Below, one piece after another: positions 17,406 to 25,294 of a stretch of 32,000 nucleotides of DNA. Within the stretch, counting starts at the first letter, position 1. Each line of letters opens with the position of its first letter. The notes below the pieces were generated by a model. It was not told the origin of the DNA, ran no database searches, and saw only the letters and a program-made list of their open reading frames with translations. Made by a program: the position numbers and the translations under genes. The DNA lies in the NCBI RefSeq assembly GCF_900289195.1, contig NZ_OMOH01000001.1:1-32000 (forward strand). Direction: 5' to 3'. Origin of the DNA: Propionibacterium ruminifibrarum (GTDB taxonomy: Bacteria > Actinomycetota > Actinomycetes > Propionibacteriales > Propionibacteriaceae).

Positions 17406-18416
17406 TCAGTCCTGTGGTGACGTCCGCAGACTCGAGCTGCGGACGACGAGTGTGGCCGGAACCGTCACATGCGCCACCGGGGCGTCAGCGGGGGCGAGCA
17501 CAGCCGCGACGGAGGCCTCGGCCAGCCGGTCCGGTGACTGGTCCACGCTCGTGAGCGAGATCTCCTGGCGCGCCGCCAGTGATGAGTTGTCGTAGGAGAC
17601 GATCCCGATGTCGGAACCGGGTGCGAGGCGGGCCGACAACACCGCCGCGATGAGATCGATGCCGAGCACATCGTTGTAGGCGACGGCGCCGAAAGGCTCC
17701 GTCGAGGTGGCGCGGGCCATCGCCAGGGCCTGGCCCGCGCCGTCGTCGCAGACGATCTCGGCGAAGTCGAGGCCTCTGCCCGCCGATGCCGCGCGGCAGG
17801 CCTCGCGCCGCTCGTTGAGCAGCGATTCGAACCGGCTGCGGGCGGGTGAGAAGAAGACCATCCGGCGGAACCCCTGGTCGGCGAGATGGTCGGTGATCTG
17901 CGCGGCGGCATCCGCCTCGTCGAGGCGGACCGTTGGGATGGACGGCTCGTCGAGGGCACGGTCCAGGACGCACAGCGGCACCTGCTCGGACAGGGCCAGG
18001 AGTTCCGACTGGCTCATCGAGGTGCCGGGCAGGATCAACCCGGCGGGGCGCATCGACAGGACGTCGTCCACCGTCGCCTGCTCGAGTTGCTCCTCCAGAT
18101 CGGAGACGAGGACGATCAGGAGGTACCCGGCGGCACGGGCATGGTGGCGCAGGCGCCGCAACAGACGATCGAAGAAGGGATTGTCGAGATAGGGCAGGAT
18201 GACCGCCAGGCGTCGCGAGCGCCGGGCCGCCAGCTCGGCCGCGGCGGCGTTCGGGTGGTAGTCGAGGTCTCGGGCGGCATCGAGAATGCGCCGGCGCGTC
18301 TGCTCCGACATGCGTCCCTCGCCCTTGAGTGCGAGTGAGACGAGTCCCCGTGAGACCCCTGCACGGGCCGCGACGTCCTGCTGCGTGGCGTGGGTCTCAC
18401 GGTCGGGAACGGTCAT
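17406..18416 (-). CDS. LacI-family transcriptional regulator (LacI-A)
   Basis: From MTVPDRE (ATG 18416). HTH ATQQDVAARAGVSRGLVSLALKG, then a periplasmic-binding-protein-like sugar-binding core ending ...VSYDNSSLAARQEISLTSVDQ. The ORF-track start 18476 is unsupported. Confidence 0.88.
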   Translation of the reverse strand: MTVPDRETHATQQDVAARAGVSRGLVSLALKGEGRMSEQTRRRILDAARDLDYHPNAAAAELAARRSRRLAVILPYLDNPFFDRLLRRLRHHARAAGYLLIVLVSDLEEQLEQATVDDVLSMRPAGLILPGTSMSQSELLALSEQVPLCVLDRALDEPSIPTVRLDEADAAAQITDHLADQGFRRMVFFSPARSRFESLLNERREACRAASAGRGLDFAEIVCDDGAGQALAMARATSTEPFGAVAYNDVLGIDLIAAVLSARLAPGSDIGIVSYDNSSLAARQEISLTSVDQSPDRLAEASVAAVLAPADAPVAHVTVPATLVVRSSSLRTSPQD

Positions 18417-18581
18417 GGGTGCTGATCCTCGGGTCGTCGATGGAACTCTTCCGCATTCTGACAGCAAAAGAGCCATCGTGCGTGCTGCGGTGGCGCTGCG
18501 ATGGCTCGGTGTGTCCGGGAAGAATCGTTTTGGGTGTCGGTGGGCTCCCTTCGGGTCTTGCCGTGGTGCTGTCGGCGGTGG

Positions 18582-18821
18582 TCAGTTCTGGGCGAGCGCG
18601 TTGATGCCGGTGTAGACGCTCAGGAGGGTGGCGGCGCTGAAGACGAGGGTGCCGGTGAGCATCATGGCGGTCGTCGTGGTGGCGAGGCCGACGATGATCA
18701 TGAGGATGCTCGCGGCGACGAGGGCGCCGGCGACGAGGGTGCCGACGATGGCCGAGGGGATGGTGGTGGTCTCGTGGCGGATCGTCGAGGCCTGGGTGGC
18801 GATGGTGTCGATGGCGGTCAT
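18582..18821 (-). CDS. Small hypothetical membrane protein (79 aa, two predicted TM helices)
   Basis: ATG 18821 preceded by AAGGAGA at 6-nt spacing. Almost every codon ends in G/C on this strand (acc gcc atc gac acc atc gcc...). Two hydrophobic stretches. No family recognised. Confidence 0.55.
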   Translation of the reverse strand: MTAIDTIATQASTIRHETTTIPSAIVGTLVAGALVAASILMIIVGLATTTTAMMLTGTLVFSAATLLSVYTGINALAQN

Positions 18822-18937
18822 GATGTTCTCCTTCGTGATGGAGTGCATGCCGCGACACCAGCCGCGACATGCACGACGGTGTACTCAGTCCCAGGGACGC
18901 CCTGGTCCTGCTGACGAGATCCACTATAGGTGTGGGT

Positions 18938-18953
18938 ATTTGTTAGAACAAAT
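18938..18953. promoter_or_regulatory. AT-rich palindrome ATTTGTT-AG-AACAAAT in the promoter region of the small membrane-protein gene
   Basis: 7-bp arms with a 2-nt spacer, read directly. It sits in the most AT-rich patch of the 18822-19069 spacer, ~117 nt upstream of ATG 18821. Confidence 0.35.
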
Positions 18954-19069
18954 GGGATCGTCTGGTGTTGCTCACGGTTGGCATCAGGGAACAAAAGGCC
19001 GGTGGCCGTGGTTCGTCGCCGGCTCTCGCGAGAGATCGTCATCGAACGCCGGGTCCTTGCCGATCGGCC

Positions 19070-19846
19070 TCACAGGAGCAGGAAGACCGAGGAGACGATC
19101 GTCAGGATGATCACGAGAACGTCGAAGACGGTGGTCCGGATGCGGCGGATGACGAACCTGCCGAGGAGTGTCCCCAGGGCCAGCGGCACCAGTAGCAGGG
19201 CGTCGATGCTCAGCGAGCGCGCCGAGAACAGTCCGAGCCCGGCCTGGAAGGGCACCTTCGCCAGGTTGACGAAGAAGAAGAAGTAGGCCTGCGTCCCCAT
19301 GAAGCGCATGACGTCGAAGCCCGAGGCCACGAAGTACATCGTCATGGGCGGGCCGCCGGCATTGGCGACCATTGTGGTGAAACCCCCCAGCGACCCGTAG
19401 ATCCAGCGTGCCGCGGGGTTCTGCGAGAAGGAATGAGCCGTCCCGCCGTGCCCTGGACGACTGCGGCGCCACATCATCCACAGCGTCACCGCGGTGAGCA
19501 GGAGCAGGATGACACCGATCATCCGTTTCATGTTCGCATCGTCGATGCGCCACAGGACGAGTGTCCCGGCGCCGAGCCCGACCAGGATCGCCGGCGCCAG
19601 CCGGCGCAGTGTCGACCAGTCGACGTCGTGGCGGTACATCCAGATCGCGTACAGGTCACCGGCGATGAGGAGGACGACCATCGCCGCGGTGGACTCGCGG
19701 GCCGGTAGGACGGCCGCGAACAGGGCGACCGACAAGGTGGCGAGCCCGGGCAGGGCGGTCTTCGCGATGCCGACGAAGAACGAGGCCATCGCCAGGACGG
19801 CCCACTGCATGATCATCAGGTCGAATGGAGCGGGCACGGGGTTCAT
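19070..19846 (-). CDS. TauE/SafE-family (DUF81) anion exporter
   Basis: From MNPVPAP (ATG 19846). 258-aa polytopic protein with FFVGIAKTALPGLATLSVALF and GGFTTMVANAGGPPMTMYF, typical of the TauE/SafE family. Confidence 0.82.
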   Translation of the reverse strand: MNPVPAPFDLMIMQWAVLAMASFFVGIAKTALPGLATLSVALFAAVLPARESTAAMVVLLIAGDLYAIWMYRHDVDWSTLRRLAPAILVGLGAGTLVLWRIDDANMKRMIGVILLLLTAVTLWMMWRRSRPGHGGTAHSFSQNPAARWIYGSLGGFTTMVANAGGPPMTMYFVASGFDVMRFMGTQAYFFFFVNLAKVPFQAGLGLFSARSLSIDALLLVPLALGTLLGRFVIRRIRTTVFDVLVIILTIVSSVFLLL

Positions 19847-19937
19847 CCTAGTGTTGCGGTGGCTGCGGAGGCGTGCTCGTGCCCGCCGATTGGGGCTTCG
19901 GCCCGCCGTGCGCACGGGGAGTCACGGGATTGCCGGT

Positions 19938-19977
19938 GAGGGCTGTGCGCACGGGTTGACCCGTGCGCACAGCCCTC
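19938..19977 (-). terminator. 18-bp perfect stem hairpin 45 nt downstream of the module B operon
   Basis: GAGGGCTGTGCGCACGGG-TTGA-CCCGTGCGCACAGCCCTC, checked by hand. No U-tract. A further GTGCGCAC palindrome lies just upstream, at ~19909. Confidence 0.55.
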
Positions 19978-20022
19978 TGGCCGGACCCCCGGGGAGCGGG
20001 TCGGCCGTCTCGGTCCTGACGG

Positions 20023-21021
20023 TCAGATCTTGGCGACGGCGGCCAACAGGTTGGATGCGGACACCTGCAGGCCTTCGACATTGCCGTACTCGGCGTCCTC
20101 GTGCTCGATGTTGACGTTCATGTCGGGATCGGCGTCCTGAATGGCACGCAGGAACTCGGCCCAGTAGTCGGTGTCGTGTCCCAGGCCGAAGGCGACGAAC
20201 CGCCAGGCCGGGTCCTGGGGCCATGCGGAGCACCAGTAGCCATAGGCCGTCGGTGTCTTGTTCTCGGCGTCGGCGGGCACATGGCCGAAGTCGGTGTCGA
20301 GCACGCCGCGGTAGGCGACGCCCGGGAAGATCTTCGTGTCCTTGGCGTGGACGTGCCCGACAAGACTGCCCAGTCGCTTGGTTGCGGTGATCGGGTCCAT
20401 CTGCTGCCAGAAGAGGTGCGAGGGGTCCATGTTCACTCGCAGGTTCGTGGAACCGGTCTCCTCGACGAGACGTTCGAAGGCGGGGATGTTGAAGACGAGG
20501 TTGCGCGGGTGCAGCTCCAGGCAGACCTTGACGTCATTGTCGCGGGCCAGTGCGTCGATCTCCTTGAAGAAGGGCACGACGACGGACCACTGGTAGTCGA
20601 GGATCTCCAGGTCGATCCCGTTCCACGGGTTGACGACCCAGGAGGCGTACTTGGCGGTGGGGTCGGTGCCGGGGGTGCCCGACATCGTGACGATCTCCTT
20701 GACGCCGAGCAGCCCGGCCAGCTTGATGGCGTTGCGGATGTCCTCGGCGTGCTTGAGGCCCTCGTTCGGCAGGGGCGAGACCGGGTTGCCCGAGGTGTTG
20801 AGGCCCGACAGGACCATGCCCTTGGATGCGAAGACGCCCAGGTAGTCATCGCGGGCCGCCTTCGAGGCGAGCAGGGCGTCGACGGGGCAGTGTGGCGAGG
20901 GGATGAAACCGCCGACGTTGACCTCGGCGCCGGTCAGGCCGGCTTCCTTGAGGATGTCGAGAGCCGCTTCGAGCGGACGGTCCTGGAGGCACGCGGTGTA
21001 GGCGCCGTAGGTGAGTGACAT
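20023..21021 (-). CDS. Sugar phosphate isomerase/epimerase-family (xylose-isomerase-like TIM barrel) enzyme, module B
   Basis: 332 aa. Alternating beta/alpha pattern with EVNVGG..., VCLELHPRN, DPSHLFWQ, HVHAKD and NIEHED, the typical metal-ligand strand ends of this fold. Immediately downstream of the module B dehydrogenase. Confidence 0.82.
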   Translation of the reverse strand: MSLTYGAYTACLQDRPLEAALDILKEAGLTGAEVNVGGFIPSPHCPVDALLASKAARDDYLGVFASKGMVLSGLNTSGNPVSPLPNEGLKHAEDIRNAIKLAGLLGVKEIVTMSGTPGTDPTAKYASWVVNPWNGIDLEILDYQWSVVVPFFKEIDALARDNDVKVCLELHPRNLVFNIPAFERLVEETGSTNLRVNMDPSHLFWQQMDPITATKRLGSLVGHVHAKDTKIFPGVAYRGVLDTDFGHVPADAENKTPTAYGYWCSAWPQDPAWRFVAFGLGHDTDYWAEFLRAIQDADPDMNVNIEHEDAEYGNVEGLQVSASNLLAAVAKI

Positions 21022-21048
21022 GGCAAAACTCCTTTGTTCTTCAGTGGG

Positions 21049-22239
21049 TCAGTTGAGGTGGGAGACGTCGACGGCTGCACCGTTGGCGGCGGCGGAGCGG
21101 GAGATGGCGTCCATGATCTGCATCTCGCGGTATCCGTCGGCGAAGGACGCGCACGGGGGCAGGCCCTCGACGCCGGCGACCTGCTGCAGGAAGGCGTATG
21201 CCTGGTAGGTGAACTGCTCGATCTGGGTGAGCCCGACACCGCCGAAGGCCATGGAGGAGCCACGGGCGAAGTAGGGGAAGTCGGGGTTGACCAGCACCTG
21301 GCGGGCGCCGCCCAGGCCGGCAGGAGAGTTGGTGTCGTCGACCTTGATCTCGCCGCAGCGGGCGAGATCCCAGGAGGCACGGCCCTTCGTGCCGAGCACG
21401 TCGATCATCATCGCATTCGGCATGTTCCAGGCGACCCGGGAGACCGAGAAGGTGCCGACCGCGCCGTTCGCGAAGTGGCCGGTGAAGGTGGCGACGTCGT
21501 CGTTGGTGACCGCCTCCATCTCAAGCTCCGAGGTGTCCAGGGTCGTGCCGCGGGTGACGTGGCCCTTGGCGACGGGGCGCTCCTTGATGGCGGTGGTCAT
21601 GGCGCCCCCGGCGACGGAGACGAGCGGGCCGCAGATCGTCTCGGCCGTGTCGATGAGGTGGCTGCCGACGTCGCCCAGGGCACCGGATCCCATCGGGCCG
21701 CGGTAGCGCCAGGCCATCGGGGTGTTCGGGTCGACGCCGTAGTCGCACCAGTAGCGGCCCTCGAAGTGGTTGATCTCGCCCAGATGGCCCTCTGCGACGA
21801 GCTTCGCGATCTCGGCGACGGCGGCGTTGCGCCGGTAGGTGAAGCCGACGGATGTGACGACTCCGGCCTGGGCCTCGGCCTCGGCCATTGCCTTGGCGTT
21901 CTCGAGGGTGTCGGCGAGCGGCTTCTCGCACAGGACGTGCTTGCCCGCCCGGATCATGGCCTCGGCGATCTCACGATGCAGCGCATTGCCGACGACGATC
22001 GAGACGATGTCGATGTTCGAATCGTCGGCGACGTCGCGCCAGTCCTCGACGGCCTTCTCATAGCCGTAGCGCTCGGCCGCGTCCTCGGCGAAGGGCAGGT
22101 AGGCGTCGGCGATGGTGGCGAGCCGGATCTTGGGCAGTCCCAGGTCGTAGACGGTGCCGACCTGGCGCCACGCGTTGGCATGGGTCGTGCCGGCCATACC
22201 GGCACCGATGACGGCTACGGAAAGGGTTTTCGTGGTCAT
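21049..22239 (-). CDS. Gfo/Idh/MocA-family oxidoreductase (module B dehydrogenase)
   Basis: 396 aa. Rossmann SVAVIGAGMAGTTH and EKP motif (LCEKPLA). Paralogous in length and layout to 15990-17186. Confidence 0.85.
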   Translation of the reverse strand: MTTKTLSVAVIGAGMAGTTHANAWRQVGTVYDLGLPKIRLATIADAYLPFAEDAAERYGYEKAVEDWRDVADDSNIDIVSIVVGNALHREIAEAMIRAGKHVLCEKPLADTLENAKAMAEAEAQAGVVTSVGFTYRRNAAVAEIAKLVAEGHLGEINHFEGRYWCDYGVDPNTPMAWRYRGPMGSGALGDVGSHLIDTAETICGPLVSVAGGAMTTAIKERPVAKGHVTRGTTLDTSELEMEAVTNDDVATFTGHFANGAVGTFSVSRVAWNMPNAMMIDVLGTKGRASWDLARCGEIKVDDTNSPAGLGGARQVLVNPDFPYFARGSSMAFGGVGLTQIEQFTYQAYAFLQQVAGVEGLPPCASFADGYREMQIMDAISRSAAANGAAVDVSHLN

Positions 22240-22283
22240 GTCGAACCTCTTCTCGTCTTCAGTGACGAAGCTAGTCCAGGGGA

Positions 22284-22299
22284 ATTAACGCGCGTGAAT
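22284..22299. promoter_or_regulatory. Candidate LacI-type operator ATTAACGCGCGTGAAT (core TAACGCGCGT)
   Basis: 16-bp palindrome with one mismatched pair, 45 nt upstream of the module B dehydrogenase start. Shares an exact 10-mer with 17290-17299. Confidence 0.5.
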
Positions 22300-22488
22300 A
22301 ACGTGTTGTTACGAGTATGGGCCGAGCGCCGAAGAAGTGTCAACCCCTTGGTTCCCTGGTTTTCTGCGCCCTGCACGCTGCACCCGGTCGGGCGGCCGGG
22401 TTCACGGCGAGCGGCCTGGTCCGTGCGCGTCGCGAGGGGCAGACAATGCCGGGTGAGCCTGGACCTTGACCCACTGCTGGTTCGGGGT

Positions 22489-23505
22489 TCAATGCCCGCT
22501 GGCGGACCCGGCCGGGTCCGAGGAGTCCCTGATGGCGAGGGTGGGCTCCAGCACGACGTCGCGGGAACGCGTGGTCGCATCGTCGGCGCGCTCGCGCAGC
22601 AGGCGCACGGCAGTCGTCCCCAGCACGTCCTCGGGCTGGTCGACGCTGGTGAGGGAGAACTCCCCGCGCCTCGCCAGGTAGGTGTTGTCGTAGGAGACGA
22701 GGGCGACGTCGGTGCCCGGGTGCCGGTCCGTCTCGCGCAGCACCGGGACGGCGTCGATGGCGAGGATGTCGTTGTGGATGACGAGGCCGAGCGGTTCGGG
22801 GTGGGCCTGCAGCAGGTCGCGCACGGCCGGACCGGCGTCCTCGTCGCACTCGCGGACGTCCAGGGTCAGTCCGGTCGCCCGGGCGGCGCGACGCAGCGCT
22901 GACTCCCGCTCGAAACGGGAGGTGTCGTTCACGACGCGCGGTCCGACGTAGCCGACCGAGCGCATGCCGAGCCCGGTGAGGTGGCCGATGAGCAGCCGGG
23001 CGGCGGCCTCCTCGTCCACACGGACCGAGTCCACTCTTCCGCCGGGGCTGCGCCGTCCGATGAGGCAGACGGGCACCTCCTCACCGATGGCGATGAGGTC
23101 CTCGTCCGGTAGCCAGGGGGAGACGAGGATGAGCCCCATGACGCGGACGCTCAGCAGGCTCTCGATGGCGCGGTGGAGGACCTCGGGCTGCTCGGAGCCA
23201 ACCGTGACGAAGAGGGCGAGGTCCCCGGCGCTCGTGGCGTCGCCCAGGGTGTGGGCGATCTGCTCGAAGAAGGCGTTGCGCAGGTTGGGCAGGACCAGGC
23301 CGATGGTCCTGGACTGCTGGCGGGCCAGGGAGGCCGCGGCGGCGTTGACTCGGTAGCCGAGCCGGTCGGCGGTCTCGGCGATGCGCCGCCGCGTCTCCTC
23401 GGCGACCTTGGGGGAGCCGTTCAGCGCCAGGGAGACCAGGCTGCGCGAGACCCCGGCGGCACGCGCCACGTCGTCCTGGGTGACGTCCTGTCCGCTCGTC
23501 GCCAC
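22489..23505 (-). CDS. LacI-family transcriptional regulator (LacI-B)
   Basis: GTG 23505 preceded by GGGAGGA. HTH VTQDDVARAAGVSRSLVSLALNG. C-terminal ...VSYDNTYLARRGEFSLTSVDQ. Clear paralogue of LacI-A. Confidence 0.88.
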   Translation of the reverse strand: MATSGQDVTQDDVARAAGVSRSLVSLALNGSPKVAEETRRRIAETADRLGYRVNAAAASLARQQSRTIGLVLPNLRNAFFEQIAHTLGDATSAGDLALFVTVGSEQPEVLHRAIESLLSVRVMGLILVSPWLPDEDLIAIGEEVPVCLIGRRSPGGRVDSVRVDEEAAARLLIGHLTGLGMRSVGYVGPRVVNDTSRFERESALRRAARATGLTLDVRECDEDAGPAVRDLLQAHPEPLGLVIHNDILAIDAVPVLRETDRHPGTDVALVSYDNTYLARRGEFSLTSVDQPEDVLGTTAVRLLRERADDATTRSRDVVLEPTLAIRDSSDPAGSASGH

Positions 23506-23518
23506 GGGTCCTCCCTGT

Positions 23519-23549
23519 CTGACGGTGGGGCGGTCCGCCCCACCGTCAG
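23519..23549 (-). terminator. 14-bp perfect stem hairpin between the WYL-regulator stop and the LacI-B RBS
   Basis: CTGACGGTGGGGCG-GTC-CGCCCCACCGTCAG, checked by hand. 62 nt downstream of stop 23611 and 14 nt upstream of the LacI-B start. Confidence 0.5.
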
Positions 23550-23610
23550 CAGGTTACACGGGAGCGCTGTTGCGGCGCTGATCCCAGTCGGCGCTGCCCG
23601 GTAGCGGCGC

Positions 23611-24315
23611 TCAGGTGTTCCACGGGTGAGGAGCTGCGCTCCTGGCCGTTGACGGTGGTGTGCCGATCTCATGGATCTCGTGACCGGCACATGCTTCGCA
23701 GGTGACGTTGGCCTCCTGGATGCGAGCCACTGCGAACCAGCGGACGGCGGATCGCAGACGACACCACCCGATGAGGTACCAGCGGCCACCGGTGGAGGCG
23801 AACAGGATGGGCTCCACGTCACGGTGGCTGGTCACTCCTTCGCCGGATGTGTAGTCGATGCGGACCACGCGCTGGTCGGCCATCGCCTGTTCCAAGGCGG
23901 ATCGGATCGCTCTCGACGGGACGCCGGCGCGGTTGACCCAGACGCGACTGGCCAACTGCTCGGCCCGTTCTCGGGTTCGCGGGTCCAGGACATCGACGAT
24001 CTTGCGGGCTCCCGTGGCGGCCAGGTCGGAGTACGGTGCATCGGGCGATGCGGCAACCGCCGCCAGCAGGGCCATCGCCTGGACTGGGGACAGGTTCACG
24101 GGCGGGAGCGAGGCGCCCTGAGCCAGTCCGTACCCGCCGCCGGGGCCAGGACGCGACCAGATGGGAAGGCCGGCGCTCTCCAGGGCTGTCATGTCTCGTT
24201 TGATCGTGCGAACCGACACCTCGAACTCGTCGGCCAGTCGCTTGGCGCTGCACCCTTGTTTTCCACTGCGGCGCAAGGCCTCCGAGAGGGCGTGGAGCCG
24301 CTCGGACCGCTTCAC
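23611..24315 (-). CDS. YafY-type transcriptional regulator (HTH + WYL domain)
   Basis: From GTG 24315 (VKRSERLHAL...). HTH SAKRLADEFEVSVRTIKRDMTALESAGLPIWSRPGPGGGYGL. C-terminal VEPILFASTGGRWYLIGWC is a WYL-domain signature. The ORF-track start 24390 would overlap the divergent hydrolase start. Confidence 0.8.
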   Translation of the reverse strand: MKRSERLHALSEALRRSGKQGCSAKRLADEFEVSVRTIKRDMTALESAGLPIWSRPGPGGGYGLAQGASLPPVNLSPVQAMALLAAVAASPDAPYSDLAATGARKIVDVLDPRTRERAEQLASRVWVNRAGVPSRAIRSALEQAMADQRVVRIDYTSGEGVTSHRDVEPILFASTGGRWYLIGWCRLRSAVRWFAVARIQEANVTCEACAGHEIHEIGTPPSTARSAAPHPWNT

Positions 24316-24388
24316 GATCCAACCTGGAAGAAATTCATGCCAGAAATAGTGACACACCGTTGTCCACGAGGGCTGGAAGCATCGTGCC

Positions 24389-25123
24389 ATGATGTCAACA
24401 CCACAGCGTTCAGTCCTGCCCCTGATCGTGTTGGTTCCCGGCCACTGGCTGGGGGCCTGGGCCTGGGACGAGGTGCTCGCTCACCTCAGAACCGCAGGCC
24501 TCCGAGCCGTTGCGTTGACCCTTCCCGGGCTTGACGACCAGGACCCGCGGCGCTCCTCGAGGACCCTCGAGGAGCAGGCCGCAGCGATTCAGGCAGTCGT
24601 CGAGTCCGTGCCCGAAGGCGTCGTCCTCGTCGGCCACAGCGGCGCCAATGCTCCGGTCAGCCTCGTCCTGGATCGAACCCCGGAACTGATTCGGCGCGTC
24701 GTGTGGGTCGATTCCGGCCCGGTTGCGCCCGGGAACGTGTTCGCTCCGGATCTTGCCGAGTCCGTCGAAGAGCTGCCGTTGCCCTCCTTCGACGCGCTGG
24801 GGGAGCGGGCCAGTCTCGAAGGTCTCAGCACCGACGACCTCGATCGCTTCCGTGCCAGGGCCGTCCCCGAGCCTGGTCCCGTGCTGCGGGCGGCTGTCCA
24901 ACTGACCAATGACGCCCGGCTGAGGGTTCCGACCACACTGGTGTGCTGCTCCATCCCCGGCCCGCGGGTACTGGAGCTGGCCCAGGTGGGCGATCCCATG
25001 TTCGCTGAGGTGGCCAGGCTCGAACACGTGGAGGTCATCGACCTGCCCACGGGCCACTGGCCGATGTGGAGCCGTTCCACAGACCTTGCCGAGGCGATCC
25101 GTGAAGCGGCCCTGTCCACCTGA
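24389..25123 (+). CDS. Alpha/beta-fold hydrolase
   Basis: 244 aa. IVLVPGHWLGAWAW (oxyanion region), nucleophile elbow VLVGHSGAN and a C-terminal His (PTGHWPM). Divergent from the WYL regulator. Confidence 0.78.
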   Translation: MMSTPQRSVLPLIVLVPGHWLGAWAWDEVLAHLRTAGLRAVALTLPGLDDQDPRRSSRTLEEQAAAIQAVVESVPEGVVLVGHSGANAPVSLVLDRTPELIRRVVWVDSGPVAPGNVFAPDLAESVEELPLPSFDALGERASLEGLSTDDLDRFRARAVPEPGPVLRAAVQLTNDARLRVPTTLVCCSIPGPRVLELAQVGDPMFAEVARLEHVEVIDLPTGHWPMWSRSTDLAEAIREAALST

Positions 25124-25216
25124 GCGGACTTCCCCGCAGGAATGAGCGGACCCGCCGGCGATCGGGTGAATCGACGTGGACCGCTTCGCCGCGCCCACGC
25201 TGCGGCGGAAGGAACA

Positions 25217-25261
25217 GGGCCGGGTTCTGCTCACGGCTGTCCGGTGAGCAGAACCCGGCCC
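25217..25261. terminator. 18-bp perfect stem hairpin between the convergent hydrolase and iolG genes
   Basis: GGGCCGGGTTCTGCTCAC-9 nt-GTGAGCAGAACCCGGCCC, checked by hand. No U-tract. Confidence 0.55.
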
Positions 25262-25294
25262 ATGTCGTGGCAGGGGTCAGGGATCGATCGCGGT

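Noticed and set aside
21034-22902. 622-aa ORF antisense to the module B dehydrogenase and LacI-B; similar long antisense ORFs at 6337-7527, 13088-14257, 14611-16254, 16032-17270, 20101-21018, 25142-26209, 26641-27534, 27762-28766 and 818-1849
   Set aside because: All overlap strongly supported genes on the opposite strand and show the Gly/Arg/Asp/Val-rich composition of out-of-phase GC-rich translation. None has a recognisable domain motif.
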